DNA of 64,000 nt. Source: Alphaproteobacteria bacterium. GTDB lineage: Bacteria; Pseudomonadota; Alphaproteobacteria; MPNO01; UBA830. The notes under the pieces were generated by a model that was not told where the DNA came from, ran no database searches, and was given only the letters and a program-made list of their open reading frames with translations. Where the stretch lies: the NCBI GenBank assembly GCA_965243135.1, contig OZ251539.1:5504001-5568000 (forward strand), written 5' to 3'. Positions 47,257 through 57,152 of this stretch are shown here, piece after piece; within the stretch, counting starts at the first letter, position 1; each line of letters begins with the position of its first letter. Position numbers and translations under genes: made by a program.

Positions 47257-48311
47257 CGGTCGTCGATCACCAGATGCCGGTTGGCGGGGTGCGCCGTCGC
47301 GGTCAATTGCCGCGGCGCGTCGGCCAGCAGCGCGTCGACCGCGGCCAGGAAGCCGGGTCCGTCGAAGGACGCGGAGGCGTCGATCGAATAGCGGCCGGCG
47401 GCGCGCCAGACGATCCGCCAGCCGGCCCGTTCCGCCCACGCCTCCAGCGCCGCCCGCAGCGGGCGGTCGGCGTCCACCGTCCAGGCCGCCGGGTTCGCGG
47501 GCCGGGGCGCGCGCCGGCCCGCGTCGCGGTAGCGGTGGAAGACGATCGCGTCGCCGGTCCAGGTCCAGTCGTAGCCGGACAGCGCCGCCGCCCGCCGCAG
47601 CAGATCCGGCAGCGCGCCCTCGAAGGAAAGGGATGCCGGCGGCGGGTCCGGCGGGGCGGCGGCGGCGCCCGCGATTCGCGCCGGGCGCTCCTCGATCGCG
47701 ACCGGAACGCCGGCGGCTTCGGAGACGCGGCGGGCCAGTTCGGGAAACGGGACCGGGTCGCTGACCGACAGGGAGACCTCCCGGCCCGCGAGTTCCGCCG
47801 GAAGCGCCGGCGGCGGCGTCCGGATCTCCGTCGCCGCGATCCCCTGGGCCAGCGGCGCGCCGGACAGCGCCGCCGCGAAGACGAGGCCGGCGCCGGCCGC
47901 GAGGCCGGGGCCGAACGGGCAGTAGCCGGCGGCGACCGGGCGGCCGCGCCGCCGCTGCACGCAGGCGCGGTGGGCGAAGGCGAAGAGGCAGCCCGCCGCC
48001 GTCGCCCAGGCGAGGTCGAGGGGGCCGAGCAGCAGCCCGCAGGCGCCGAGCAGCAGGCCGTCGCCCGGCATGACCGGCCAGCGCCGGCCGCGCAGCTCGG
48101 CGGCGGCGATCGGAACCGCGGCGAAGCCGAGGCCGAGCAGCGCGCCGAGGGCGGCTGCGGCGAACGATCCGCCCTCGAGGAAGCGCCAGGCGGCGGCGAT
48201 CGCCGCGAGGGCCGCGACGGCGCGCAGGTCGACGACGAAGCGGCGGGCGTCGACGACCGCGATCCGGACGAGGCATGCGGCGGCGCCGGCGAAGGCGAGG
48301 GAATCGATCAC
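47253..48311 (-). CDS. pilU: Prepilin peptidase (A24, PilU-like) fused to periplasmic STN/TcpQ-like domains
   Basis: AVVDARR, MPGDG, CPFGPGL; then LSGYDW..., WTVDADRPLRAALEAWAERAGWRIVW. Confidence 0.7.
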   Translation of the reverse strand: MIDSLAFAGAAACLVRIAVVDARRFVVDLRAVAALAAIAAAWRFLEGGSFAAAALGALLGLGFAAVPIAAAELRGRRWPVMPGDGLLLGACGLLLGPLDLAWATAAGCLFAFAHRACVQRRRGRPVAAGYCPFGPGLAAGAGLVFAAALSGAPLAQGIAATEIRTPPPALPAELAGREVSLSVSDPVPFPELARRVSEAAGVPVAIEERPARIAGAAAAPPDPPPASLSFEGALPDLLRRAAALSGYDWTWTGDAIVFHRYRDAGRRAPRPANPAAWTVDADRPLRAALEAWAERAGWRIVWRAAGRYSIDASASFDGPGFLAAVDALLADAPRQLTATAHPANRHLVIDDR

Positions 48312-48583
48312 GGCGTCCTCCCGAAGGTCGCCGGCAGGATCCGGCACCACGCGCCGGCCGCGCGGCAGAGTTCCTCCGGCAGCGCCTCGCGGCGGCGCTG
48401 CGGGAGGCCGCGGTTGCGGGCGAGCAGGGCCTCCTGGGCGGCGGCGAGGGCGGTCAGCAGCGCGATCTCGCCCTGCAGCCGCTCCATCGCGGCCAGCGCC
48501 GCGCGTTGCGCCGGCGGCGGCGCAGCGGCAGCGGGGACGCAGGGCGCCAGGAAAAGGAGGAGGAGAAGGAGCGCCTTCAGCAT
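48308..48583 (-). CDS. Small exported hypothetical protein (91 aa)
   Basis: Signal peptide, GTGA coupling. Confidence 0.55.
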   Translation of the reverse strand: MLKALLLLLLFLAPCVPAAAAPPPAQRAALAAMERLQGEIALLTALAAAQEALLARNRGLPQRRREALPEELCRAAGAWCRILPATFGRTP

Positions 48584-49671
48584 CCGCTGCAACTCCCCAC
48601 GGCGAGGTTCGCGAAGACGCCGGACGACGCCGAAAGCGTTCCGGTCGCGAGGACGCTGCGGGCCCTGACCGTCGAGGCGACGTTGGCGGAGCCGGTCGCG
48701 CGCACGGAGCGGGCGGCGACGCGGTCGGCCGACAGGCGGGTCGCGCGGACCGATCCCGCCGCCAGGACGCCGGCGATCCGCGCCGAGGACGCCCGCGCGG
48801 CCCCGGCCGCGGTCAGCGAGCCGACCCTGGCGTCCCCCGAGACCGAGAGGCTCGCGGCGGCGACCGCGCCGTTCACCCGGGCGTCGCCGGCCGTCAGCCG
48901 GCCGGATATCGCGGCCGCGCCGCCGACCGCGAGGCCCGCGCCCACCGTCAGCCCGGCCGCCGCCGTCAGGTCGCCCTGGACCTCCAGTTCGCGGGCGATC
49001 GCCAGCGAATCCGCGGTCACCGCGCCGGCGTTCGCGACGTCGTTGCCGCCCATGTCGAGCGCGGTCTCCATGCGGTTGGCCGCCGGAAACCCCGCGATCG
49101 CCGTCCGGTAGAGCGCGTCGCCGTAGACCGTCGCATGGTCGTGGCGGCTGAACGCCGCGAGGGCGTTCGCCGCGGGAGCGCCCGCGAAGGCGGCCTGGAA
49201 CGCCGACATGTCGAGGTCGATCAGCGGACCCCGCAACCGGGTCGGCGCCTCCGGCGGCACCAGCCCCAGCCGGACCCCGCCCGAGTCCGCGAACAGCGCC
49301 GCCGACGGGACGATCGAGTCGCCGGCCGCCGCCCGCTGCGCGACCGCGATCCGGACGGCGTCCGCGCCGTCCGCCAGCATCAGGATTTCCGGCCGCCGTC
49401 CGAGCGCGTCGACGTCCCGCCATCCGGCCGGCAGGACGCCGGCGGCGCGGAGGTCGGCGATCGCGATCCGCGACGGACCGCCTTGCGCGGCCGCGAGCAG
49501 CGCCGGGAATTCGGCGTCGACGTAGCCCGCGGTCGCGTCGGCGAGAACCGTAAGCTGGCGCCCGGCGAGGCGGACGCGCTCGTCGAGCGCGCGGGCGGAC
49601 AGCCATTCGAAGCCGCCGACCGCGAGGGTCGCCGCCAGCGCGGTCGCGAGCAGGGCGCCGAACGGTCCCAT
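48577..49671 (-). CDS. pilV: PilV-like minor pilin/adhesin (Shufflon_N-like)
   Basis: IADLRAAGVLPAGW, LYRTAIAGFPAANRMETALDMGGNDV. Confidence 0.8.
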   Translation of the reverse strand: MGPFGALLATALAATLAVGGFEWLSARALDERVRLAGRQLTVLADATAGYVDAEFPALLAAAQGGPSRIAIADLRAAGVLPAGWRDVDALGRRPEILMLADGADAVRIAVAQRAAAGDSIVPSAALFADSGGVRLGLVPPEAPTRLRGPLIDLDMSAFQAAFAGAPAANALAAFSRHDHATVYGDALYRTAIAGFPAANRMETALDMGGNDVANAGAVTADSLAIARELEVQGDLTAAAGLTVGAGLAVGGAAAISGRLTAGDARVNGAVAAASLSVSGDARVGSLTAAGAARASSARIAGVLAAGSVRATRLSADRVAARSVRATGSANVASTVRARSVLATGTLSASSGVFANLAVGSCSGC

Positions 49672-49672
49672 C

Positions 49673-50791
49673 CTACCGGCACCCCGTGCAGGAACGGGTC
49701 GTCACCGCGCCCGAGAACCTCGCGGCCGGTCCGCCGGCGGCGCCCGCGACGCGGAGGCCGCGGGCCGTCAGCCGTCCGCCCGTCTCGAGGACGGCGGCGG
49801 AGATCAACCGGGCGGTCGCCGTTCCGGTCGCGTCGAAGCCCCGGCCGATCAGCAGGTCGGCGGCGCGCAGCAGGCCGGCCGCGGCGAGGGAATCGGCCGC
49901 CAGCCGGCCGGACGCCCGGACGGCGCCGGCTCGCGCCGCGCCCGCGACGCGGAGGCTCCGGGCGGTCAGGCGGCGGGACGCCGCCAACGACGCGGCGGAC
50001 GCCTGGGCGGCGGTCATCGACGCCGCGGACAGGTCCCCCGCGACCTCGGCGCCGCCCGCGACGGAAACCGCGGCGCCGGCCCGCGCCCCGCCGGAAACGG
50101 TCGCCGAGGCGGCGGCGATCATGCGCGCCCCGGTCACGGCGCGGCCCGCGGGGGCGCCGCCGAGGTCGAGCGCGGTCTCCATCCGGTTCAGCCACGGCCG
50201 CCCCGGCTGCGCCCGGCGGTGCAGTTGCCCTTCGCGGTAGCGCAGCCCGAAATCCGCCGTGACGTAGAGCGCCCCCGGCGCCGGCTGGCGGCCCATCGCC
50301 GCGGCGATCTCCGGAAGGCGACCGGACATCGGCGACGCCGATCCGACCTCCCCGACGCCGGCGAGGCCGGCCGCGAGCGCGCCAGCCCGCAACGCCGACG
50401 CCGAGGCGCCGGCCGCGGGCTCCAGCACCCCGAACGCGGTCTCGACCCCGGCCCCGTCGTCCACCGTCCCGAGGGTCATGGCGGCGCGGCGGAACCCGTC
50501 GGGCAGGCCGGGCGGAACCGCCGACCCGAGGCTCCGCAGCTCGGCCGGCGTCGCCGCCGCCGGCAGGGCGCGCCCGAGGCGCGCCGCCGCGCCGCCTTCC
50601 TGCGCCGCCCGGTGGACGGCCTGCAGCCAGAGCCCGAACAGCCGCCCGGCGGCGCGGTCCAGCGCCTCGCGGCGTTCGGCGTCCCGCGCCGCGTGCCAGG
50701 CGGCGAGCGACGCGCCGGCGAGGGCGGCGACCAGCATGACGCCCAGCGGCGACGCGAGGCCGCGGCGGCGGCGGGCGAGGAGGCGAATCAT
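49673..50791 (-). CDS. pilV: Second PilV-like minor pilin
   Basis: Prepilin-like leader RRRRG|LASP, LHRRAQPGRPWLNRMETALDLGG, C-terminal SCTGC. Confidence 0.72.
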   Translation of the reverse strand: MIRLLARRRRGLASPLGVMLVAALAGASLAAWHAARDAERREALDRAAGRLFGLWLQAVHRAAQEGGAAARLGRALPAAATPAELRSLGSAVPPGLPDGFRRAAMTLGTVDDGAGVETAFGVLEPAAGASASALRAGALAAGLAGVGEVGSASPMSGRLPEIAAAMGRQPAPGALYVTADFGLRYREGQLHRRAQPGRPWLNRMETALDLGGAPAGRAVTGARMIAAASATVSGGARAGAAVSVAGGAEVAGDLSAASMTAAQASAASLAASRRLTARSLRVAGAARAGAVRASGRLAADSLAAAGLLRAADLLIGRGFDATGTATARLISAAVLETGGRLTARGLRVAGAAGGPAARFSGAVTTRSCTGCR

Positions 50792-51393
50792 CCGAAGGTG
50801 AACCCGATGTCGTTGGCGCCGGCGCCGTCGTCGCAGTTGGTCGTGACGTTGGCGATCGACACCGGCGCCGTCAGCGTCTGGCCGTTGATCACCAGGCTCA
50901 CGATCCCGGCCCGCGCCCGCGTCCGGTCGGCGTAGGCGTCGCCGAGCGCCGCGCACACCTCGTCGTCGACGTCCTCGAAGGTGACCCGGAACTGGTTGGT
51001 CGCGCCGCCGGGGCCGCCGAGGATCGTAACCAGCCCGCCGAACGGGTGGCGAATCTCGGTGCGCGCCGCCGCGAAGCCGGGCGTGCCGGCGGTTCCGACG
51101 GCGCCGATCCGGATCCGCGCCGAGTCGGGGATGTGGCCCCGCCGGTCGAGCGTCGGGATCAGGTCGGCGCCGTTGCCGTAGCTCGGCGACCCCGACCAGA
51201 CCGACTCGATGCCGGTGCGCAGCTGGTTCAGCAGCGCCAGCGCCTCGGTGCGGTTCGCCGTCTCGCGAGCCGAGTTGTACCAGGCGATCGTTCCCGCGAT
51301 CGCCACCGCCGTCAGCCCGAGGCCGAGCAGCACCGCGAAAACGTTCATCCCCCGCCGCGCCCGGCGGCGCAGCCGTCCGGCCGCCCTCCTCAT
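50788..51393 (-). CDS. pilS: Type IVb major pilin PilS-like
   Basis: Basic leader RRRARRG|M, hydrophobic helix, HPFGG, VDDEVC...C..ANDIGFTF. Confidence 0.82.
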   Translation of the reverse strand: MRRAAGRLRRRARRGMNVFAVLLGLGLTAVAIAGTIAWYNSARETANRTEALALLNQLRTGIESVWSGSPSYGNGADLIPTLDRRGHIPDSARIRIGAVGTAGTPGFAAARTEIRHPFGGLVTILGGPGGATNQFRVTFEDVDDEVCAALGDAYADRTRARAGIVSLVINGQTLTAPVSIANVTTNCDDGAGANDIGFTFG

Positions 51394-51406
51394 GTCGATC
51401 CCTCCT

Positions 51407-52438
51407 TCATCCCAGGGCCGCGCCGGCGGCGTCGAGAACGCGGAACATCGAATCCATGGCGACGCCGGTGACCAGGGCGGCCGCCGTCGTCATCGCCGCG
51501 TTCAGCCCGGCCGCCCGCGCCTGCATCGTCCGTTCCGACCGCGCCGCCCAGCGGTCGACGAAGCCCGCCAGCTTCGCCGGCCAGCCCGGCTGGCCGTCGA
51601 GCGCCGCCACCACGTGCACCAGCGCCGGGTCGGGAAACCGGTGGCCGGCGTCGACCATCGCCTGCCCAAGCCCCTTGCCGGCCCGCATCCCGCGCTGGAT
51701 CGCGCCGATCCGGTGCCGGGCGTAGGGCGCGGCGCTGCGGCGCAGCGCCTCGAACGCGCGGTCGTTCACGTCGACGCCCGCGCGCAGGAATTCCAGCACC
51801 GCGAACAGGAACGCCGAGCCCGTCAGCATGCGGTACAGGTTGAACGGCGGCAGCCGGTCGAGCGCCGTCCGCCCGGGGCCGGTCCAGGCGAGAGTCGCCG
51901 CCGCCAGCAGGCCGCCGAGAAGGAGCAGCGCCGCGAGAAAGGTCGCCGGGTTGCCGTGCAGCCACAGCGCGGCGCCGCGGAACGCCCGCGCGTGGGAGGG
52001 CCAGAGCGCGGGCGGCGCGATCGTCTCCATCACCGGGACGAAATGCCCGCCGGCCGCCCACAGCAGGACGACGACGCCGGCCGCGAGAAGGCACGGCATC
52101 GCCAGCGCCTTCGCGACCGCGGCCGTCTGGCGCTCGCGCAGTTCCGCCACCCGCGCGGCGGCGGCGAACAACGCCGCCGCGTCCACCCGCCCGTAGCCGT
52201 GGAAGAGCATCGCCTCGGACGCCGGCAGCCAGCGCGGGACCGTCTCCGCGAACCGTCCGTTCCGGAGCGCCCGCAGCCAGCGCTCCAGCGCCCATGCCCG
52301 CAGCCGCTGCCCCTGGTCGCGCGCCGACCGCGCCGCCGTTTCCAGCGCCCCCTCCAGCTCCCGGCCCGCCTCGAGAAGCCCGGCGATCGTGTGGTAGATC
52401 TCGATGCGGGCCGCCCGCGGCAGCGCGAACGCTTTCAC
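51407..52438 (-). CDS. pilR: PilR/GspF-like platform protein
   Basis: WLPASEAML, WTGPGRTALDRLPPFNLYR..GSAFL, FPDP. Confidence 0.85.
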   Translation of the reverse strand: MKAFALPRAARIEIYHTIAGLLEAGRELEGALETAARSARDQGQRLRAWALERWLRALRNGRFAETVPRWLPASEAMLFHGYGRVDAAALFAAAARVAELRERQTAAVAKALAMPCLLAAGVVVLLWAAGGHFVPVMETIAPPALWPSHARAFRGAALWLHGNPATFLAALLLLGGLLAAATLAWTGPGRTALDRLPPFNLYRMLTGSAFLFAVLEFLRAGVDVNDRAFEALRRSAAPYARHRIGAIQRGMRAGKGLGQAMVDAGHRFPDPALVHVVAALDGQPGWPAKLAGFVDRWAARSERTMQARAAGLNAAMTTAAALVTGVAMDSMFRVLDAAGAALG

Positions 52439-53994
52439 GCCGCCCGCTCCCCGACCGCGCGGAGGCCCGCCTGGCCGGGACGCGCCCCCTTCAGCAGCGC
52501 GTCGCGCGGGTCGGCGCGGCCCTGCGCCACCCGCTCCCAGATCTTCAGCCCGATCGGGACTCCGCCCATCTCTTCCGTCCAGTAGCGCCGCGCCGCCCCC
52601 GGCTCGACCCGGCGCACCAGGTCGAGGTAGGCGTCGTCGGGACGGATCGATTCCGCCAGCGCCGTCTGCCCGGCGTAGCCGTTCCACGCCTTCGCGGCGA
52701 TCGTCCCTTCGGCGTCGCGGCGGCAGCGCTCGCAGCCCTCCGGGTCGCGGAACCGCGCCGCGGGCCACCCCCGCAGCCGCGCCGCCAGCCACGGCGGCGG
52801 CGGCTCCGCCGGCTCCCGGCGGGCGCAGGACGGGCACAGCTCCGGAAGGAGCGTCTGCTTCATCAGCAGCGCGACGTTGCCCGGCTTGCAGGCCTCGGCC
52901 GCCGACACGCCGAGGTCGAGCAGCCGGAACAGGATCGCGTTGGCGTTGTCGACGTGGATGGTGGTCCAGATCTGGTGGCCGGTGTCGACGAACTGCAGGA
53001 CCTGGCGGGCGCCCTCGGCGTCGCGGATCTCGCTGACCATGCCCGACGCCGGGTGCACCCGGCAGAAATGCGACAGCGCCTCCTTGTAGTGCCGCGACCG
53101 CTCCTCCCCCGAACCCGAGGTCGGCACCGCGATCTGCACCGCGCCCGGAATCGGATACTCCACCGGGTCCTCCAGCGTCACCATGTTCAGCGCGCCGCCC
53201 GACTCCGCCATCTGCAGGGCGAGGTTGGCGGCGAGGGTCGTCGACTTGCCGTCGCCGGTCGAGCCGCCGATGAACACGCCGCCGTGCAGCGCCGTCCTGA
53301 TTTCCGCGAACGCCTCCGCCTCCGCCGCCGAGAACCCCAGCTTCTCCAGCGTCGCGTCCGCCGCCAGCGAGTCGCGGTAGAAGATGCGCGCGAACAGGTG
53401 GTCGCCGTCCGGCTCGTGCGGCCCGCGCTGGCAGCGCAGCGCCGAGACCGCGTCCGGCAGCGGCACCGCGCCGCCGCCGCGGATCGAGAACCCCTGGAAC
53501 GACTGCCGCTGGTAGGAGGTCTGCCCCGACCCCTCGTCCTTCGCGTGGAACAGGTAGCCCATCGCCCGTCCGCCGGTTCCGGGATCGAGCGGCTCCGCCA
53601 GCGGCAGCTTGCGGTCGTTGACGATCGCGAACGTCCGGCAGGCGCCGGCGCCGAGCTCGAAGACCACGTCGGAGGCCCGCGCCCGCGCGGCGGCGGCGAA
53701 CAGCGTCCGCACGCGGGCGAGGATGTCCGGATCGGCGCCGTCGACGGCCGCCAGCCCGCCCCACGCGGCCGCGATCTCCTCCGGCGAGGCGGTTTCCTCC
53801 GCCAGTTCGCCGGTCAGCGCGCCTGACCGCCGCAGCTTCAGCAGCGCCGCCCGCAGCGGCGGGTCGAACTCGTGGCCCGGCGCGATCTTGCACCGCCCGT
53901 CGGTCCACAGCGCGCAATGCGGACGCAGCGACGGGTCGAGCGCCGTCGCCAGCCGCGGCGGACCGGACGCCGGCTTCCTGCGGCGGAAGTTCAC
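52435..53994 (-). CDS. pilQ: PilQ/GspE-like assembly ATPase
   Basis: GSTGDGKSTT, TLEDPVEY, SEIRD, TGHQIWTTIH, LCPSC...CERC. Confidence 0.9.
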   Translation of the reverse strand: MNFRRRKPASGPPRLATALDPSLRPHCALWTDGRCKIAPGHEFDPPLRAALLKLRRSGALTGELAEETASPEEIAAAWGGLAAVDGADPDILARVRTLFAAAARARASDVVFELGAGACRTFAIVNDRKLPLAEPLDPGTGGRAMGYLFHAKDEGSGQTSYQRQSFQGFSIRGGGAVPLPDAVSALRCQRGPHEPDGDHLFARIFYRDSLAADATLEKLGFSAAEAEAFAEIRTALHGGVFIGGSTGDGKSTTLAANLALQMAESGGALNMVTLEDPVEYPIPGAVQIAVPTSGSGEERSRHYKEALSHFCRVHPASGMVSEIRDAEGARQVLQFVDTGHQIWTTIHVDNANAILFRLLDLGVSAAEACKPGNVALLMKQTLLPELCPSCARREPAEPPPPWLAARLRGWPAARFRDPEGCERCRRDAEGTIAAKAWNGYAGQTALAESIRPDDAYLDLVRRVEPGAARRYWTEEMGGVPIGLKIWERVAQGRADPRDALLKGARPGQAGLRAVGERAA

Positions 53995-54593
53995 GGCGCG
54001 CGCCCCGGCGGCGGGCGGTGCGGCAGCGCGGCGCCCTCCGCCAGGACCGCCCCGGACGGACGGATCGCGCCGATCCGCGTTCCGTCCGGCAGCCGGTCGC
54101 CGGGACGCACGAACAGCGCCCGGCGGCCGTCGGTCACGCCCGCCCGCAGGCGGTCGCCCGACCCCAGGACGGTGAACCAGCCCCAGGACGGGCGCGGCGG
54201 GAGCGTCCGGCGGGGTTCCGCGACCGCCGCCGGCGGAACGGCGGGCCGGGGAAGCAGGGCGCGGACCTCGCCCTCCAGCGCCAGAACCCGCTTCACCGCC
54301 TCCTCGCGCCGCGCGCAAAGCGCCAGCGCCTCGCGCTCGATCGCCAGCGCCGCGATCGTCCCGGTTCCGTCCGACGCCTCGGCCAGCATCTCCCGCAGAA
54401 GCGCCTTCGGACAGCCGGACGGCGAGGACGCCGCCCGGGACGCGGGCGGTTCGGCGGGCGGAATCGCGTCCGCCGTGCCGGACGAGGCGGGCGTCTCCGC
54501 CGGCTCCGCTCCGCCTTTCGCGGAAAGCGGCGGTTCCGCGGCCGCCTGCGCCGCGAAGGCGACGAGCGCGGCGGAAAGAAGAAGGCGCGTCAC
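53991..54593 (-). CDS. PilP-like accessory protein
   Basis: Signal peptide, coiled coil, VRPGDRLPDG..I..I. Confidence 0.55.
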   Translation of the reverse strand: MTRLLLSAALVAFAAQAAAEPPLSAKGGAEPAETPASSGTADAIPPAEPPASRAASSPSGCPKALLREMLAEASDGTGTIAALAIEREALALCARREEAVKRVLALEGEVRALLPRPAVPPAAVAEPRRTLPPRPSWGWFTVLGSGDRLRAGVTDGRRALFVRPGDRLPDGTRIGAIRPSGAVLAEGAALPHRPPPGRAP

Positions 54594-54687
54594 GGCGAAC
54601 CCGCCGCCTGCCGGCGGGCGAGGCGGCGACGCCGCCGGGAGAGAAGCGGCCCTGCGAATCCCGCGTTCATGTTCCTGCCTTCCCCGC

Positions 54688-55968
54688 CTATACGTCCTCG
54701 CCGCCCTGACCGGCGTCGTCCCCGGATTCGCCGGAGTCGTCGCCGCCGTCGTCGCCGCTGTCGAAGCCGTCCTGCTCGCCGGTGTCGTAGTCGTAGCCGG
54801 CCTCGACGCCGCCCGGCCCGCCCATGGCGCCGCTCTCGTCGTCGTCCTCGGGCGGCGGCGGGCTGCAGTTGGCTGTCCGAACGGTCGCCCACGCCGTCGG
54901 CGGAATCGCCTGCACCGAACGCCCGCCGAACGAGAACGAGATCGTCCGCGTCCCCGGACCCGTCCGGACCTCCAGTCCCGCCGTGCCGCTCCAGCTCGCC
55001 GGGCACGGAATCGCCCGCGTCTCCCGGGAGCCCGCGGCCTCCGTCACCGTCGCCTTCGGATCGACCGCCGCCGTCGCCGTCCAGCAATTGTCCTCCACGA
55101 CCCGCCACGCGCCCCACGACGTCCCCGCTGCCGTCACCGTTCCGCGCCGCCGCCGGATGCGTTGCGGCAGGTCGGCCGCCGCCGCGCTGCCCTGCCAGCC
55201 GGCCGGGACCGGGCAGGGCTGCGTCCCGGTCTCCTCGACCGCGTAGTCGGCCCGGCAGTTGTCCGCGATCGTCCGCCACCCGCCGAACGAGGGAGCGCCG
55301 ATCGCCTCGCCGCGGCCGTTCACCGTCTGCCGGACCTCCCGCATCCGCCGGAGGCCCACCGTCTCGCCCGGCGCTCCCGCGTGCGACGCATGGAACCCCG
55401 CCGGACACGCCTGGACGCGGGTCTCGAACCGCACGCGCCGGCCCCTGTGCGCCGGCGCCCACGGGTCCTCCACCCGCCCGGCCCGCGCCGCCCGGCCCGT
55501 CGGCAGCGCGCCGCCGAACCCCGCTCCGGACAGGCAGGCGGGAAGGGCCACGTCGTCGCGCCCGACGCCGCCGCGGGCGACGGATCCGTCGAGCCAGTGC
55601 AGCGTCGGCGCGCGTTGCGTCCGCGGCGCGTGCGTCCACGGCGCCGCCCGGACGGCGCGCTGGTCGGGGCCGACCCCCTTGAGCCGCGCCGGCGCGAAGT
55701 AGACCAGCAGCGCGTCGCCGCAGTACCGCGCCCGCAGGCCCCGCTCCGTCCAGACGTCCAGCCAGCCGACGGACGCCGGCGGAATCGAACCGGTCCACGA
55801 GGTCGCCGCGGCCGAGCGCAGCAGGACGTGGTCCTCGAGCCGCCGGTACGCCGCCTCCAGCGCCTGCGCGTGCGCCAGCGCCTCCTCGCGGAAGATCCGC
55901 AGGGTCTCCGCGGACGCGGCGCCGGCGGCGAGAAGCGCGGCGAGAACGAGAAGAAGCGCGCGGCTCAC
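54688..55968 (-). CDS. Secreted Cys/Trp-repeat protein with acidic tail (candidate adhesin)
   Basis: GTGA-coupled start, signal peptide, three CP..G...W.....NC repeats, D/G/E-rich C-terminus. Confidence 0.65.
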   Translation of the reverse strand: MSRALLLVLAALLAAGAASAETLRIFREEALAHAQALEAAYRRLEDHVLLRSAAATSWTGSIPPASVGWLDVWTERGLRARYCGDALLVYFAPARLKGVGPDQRAVRAAPWTHAPRTQRAPTLHWLDGSVARGGVGRDDVALPACLSGAGFGGALPTGRAARAGRVEDPWAPAHRGRRVRFETRVQACPAGFHASHAGAPGETVGLRRMREVRQTVNGRGEAIGAPSFGGWRTIADNCRADYAVEETGTQPCPVPAGWQGSAAAADLPQRIRRRRGTVTAAGTSWGAWRVVEDNCWTATAAVDPKATVTEAAGSRETRAIPCPASWSGTAGLEVRTGPGTRTISFSFGGRSVQAIPPTAWATVRTANCSPPPPEDDDESGAMGGPGGVEAGYDYDTGEQDGFDSGDDGGDDSGESGDDAGQGGEDV

Positions 55969-57152
55969 CGGACCGCCTCCAGTTCGCGGAACCGCGATTC
56001 CGGAAGCGCGGCGGGAGTCGCGGCGCGGCCTTCGAGCCTCCAGCCGTCCGGCTCGCGCGACAGGCGCACGATCTCCAGGCCGGGAACCGCGGCCACGAGC
56101 GCGGCGACCCGCGGCAGCGGATGCCCCGTCCGCAGCGTCACCCGCCGTTCCTTCGGGGCGTATTCGAGCGCGACCCCGGCCGTCCCCAGCCGGCGGTCCA
56201 GCGACCGCCGCAACCGGCGGTAGGTCGGCGGCTCCGCCGGCGCGATCCGGAGCGCAGGCGGTAGCGCCGCCACCGCCCACGCCGTGGCGTCCACCACCGC
56301 CGCCGACGGCCAGTCGGCGAGGCGCGCCTCGGCGATCTGCCGGTGCAGCGGCCGCGGACGGCCGGGCGGCAGCGTCCACCGCGCCGCCAGCGCCGGGCGT
56401 CCCGCCAGTTGCGGGTGCAGCGGCGCGAGGACTGCGTCCGCGAACCGCGCCTCGCAGGACAGGCTGTGCAGGTTCCAGGCCGGAAGCCACGGCGGGCGCG
56501 CCGCCAGCGCCGCCCGGCAACCTTCGATCAGCGCCGGGCCGTCGACCGCCGCGAGAACCTGCGGCTCGGCCGGCGGCGGCGGCGGTTCGGGCGGAGGCCC
56601 GGCGCGCCAGCGCCGCAGCGGCTCCTGCCAGTGCCAGGCGGCCCCCGCGCCAAGGAGAAGGACGAGGAACCCGGCGGCGGCCGCCGCCGGCAGGCGCGCC
56701 CGCGGCGCGGCGGACAGCTTCGCCGCCGGCGCCGGCGGGTCGAGATCGACCGCGCCCTCCGCCAGCCCCGGCGTCGCGTACGGTACCCAGCCGCCCGCCT
56801 TGCGGGCGCGCTCGAACGCCGCGACCGCCGTCTCCCTGTCGTCGAAGACCTCGTCGCCGTCGGCGAGAATCGATCCGTCGCGGACCCGGACCAGCGCGAA
56901 CCGTCCGCCCTGGCCGCCGGCCAGCGCGACGAAGGACGCGACGCCGACATGGGCCGACAGCGCGGCGGCCAGGCTCGGCAGGCCCTCCACGCTCTCCGGG
57001 CCGCCCGGCCCGAAGCCCGTCTGGTTCCGCCAGTGCGCGACGAACGGGCGGCCGAGCTCGCGGGCGCGGCGCGCCGTCGCCGAACGCCCGGCGCGGTCCA
57101 TCCAGTCGAGGCCTGCGGCGAAGCGTTCGCCGCCGAGAACGACGACGCTCAC
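55965..57152 (-). CDS. pilO: PilO-like type IVb pilus accessory protein
   Basis: ERFAAGLDW, LPSLAAAL, VRDGSILADGD, one TM; located after pilN. Confidence 0.72.
   Translation of the reverse strand: MSVVVLGGERFAAGLDWMDRAGRSATARRARELGRPFVAHWRNQTGFGPGGPESVEGLPSLAAALSAHVGVASFVALAGGQGGRFALVRVRDGSILADGDEVFDDRETAVAAFERARKAGGWVPYATPGLAEGAVDLDPPAPAAKLSAAPRARLPAAAAAGFLVLLLGAGAAWHWQEPLRRWRAGPPPEPPPPPAEPQVLAAVDGPALIEGCRAALAARPPWLPAWNLHSLSCEARFADAVLAPLHPQLAGRPALAARWTLPPGRPRPLHRQIAEARLADWPSAAVVDATAWAVAALPPALRIAPAEPPTYRRLRRSLDRRLGTAGVALEYAPKERRVTLRTGHPLPRVAALVAAVPGLEIVRLSREPDGWRLEGRAATPAALPESRFRELEAVR

Noticed and set aside
48577-50791. Shufflon (PilV plus Rci)
   Set aside because: No sfx repeats or inverted C-terminal cassettes after pilV; the tyrosine recombinases are more than 22 kb away
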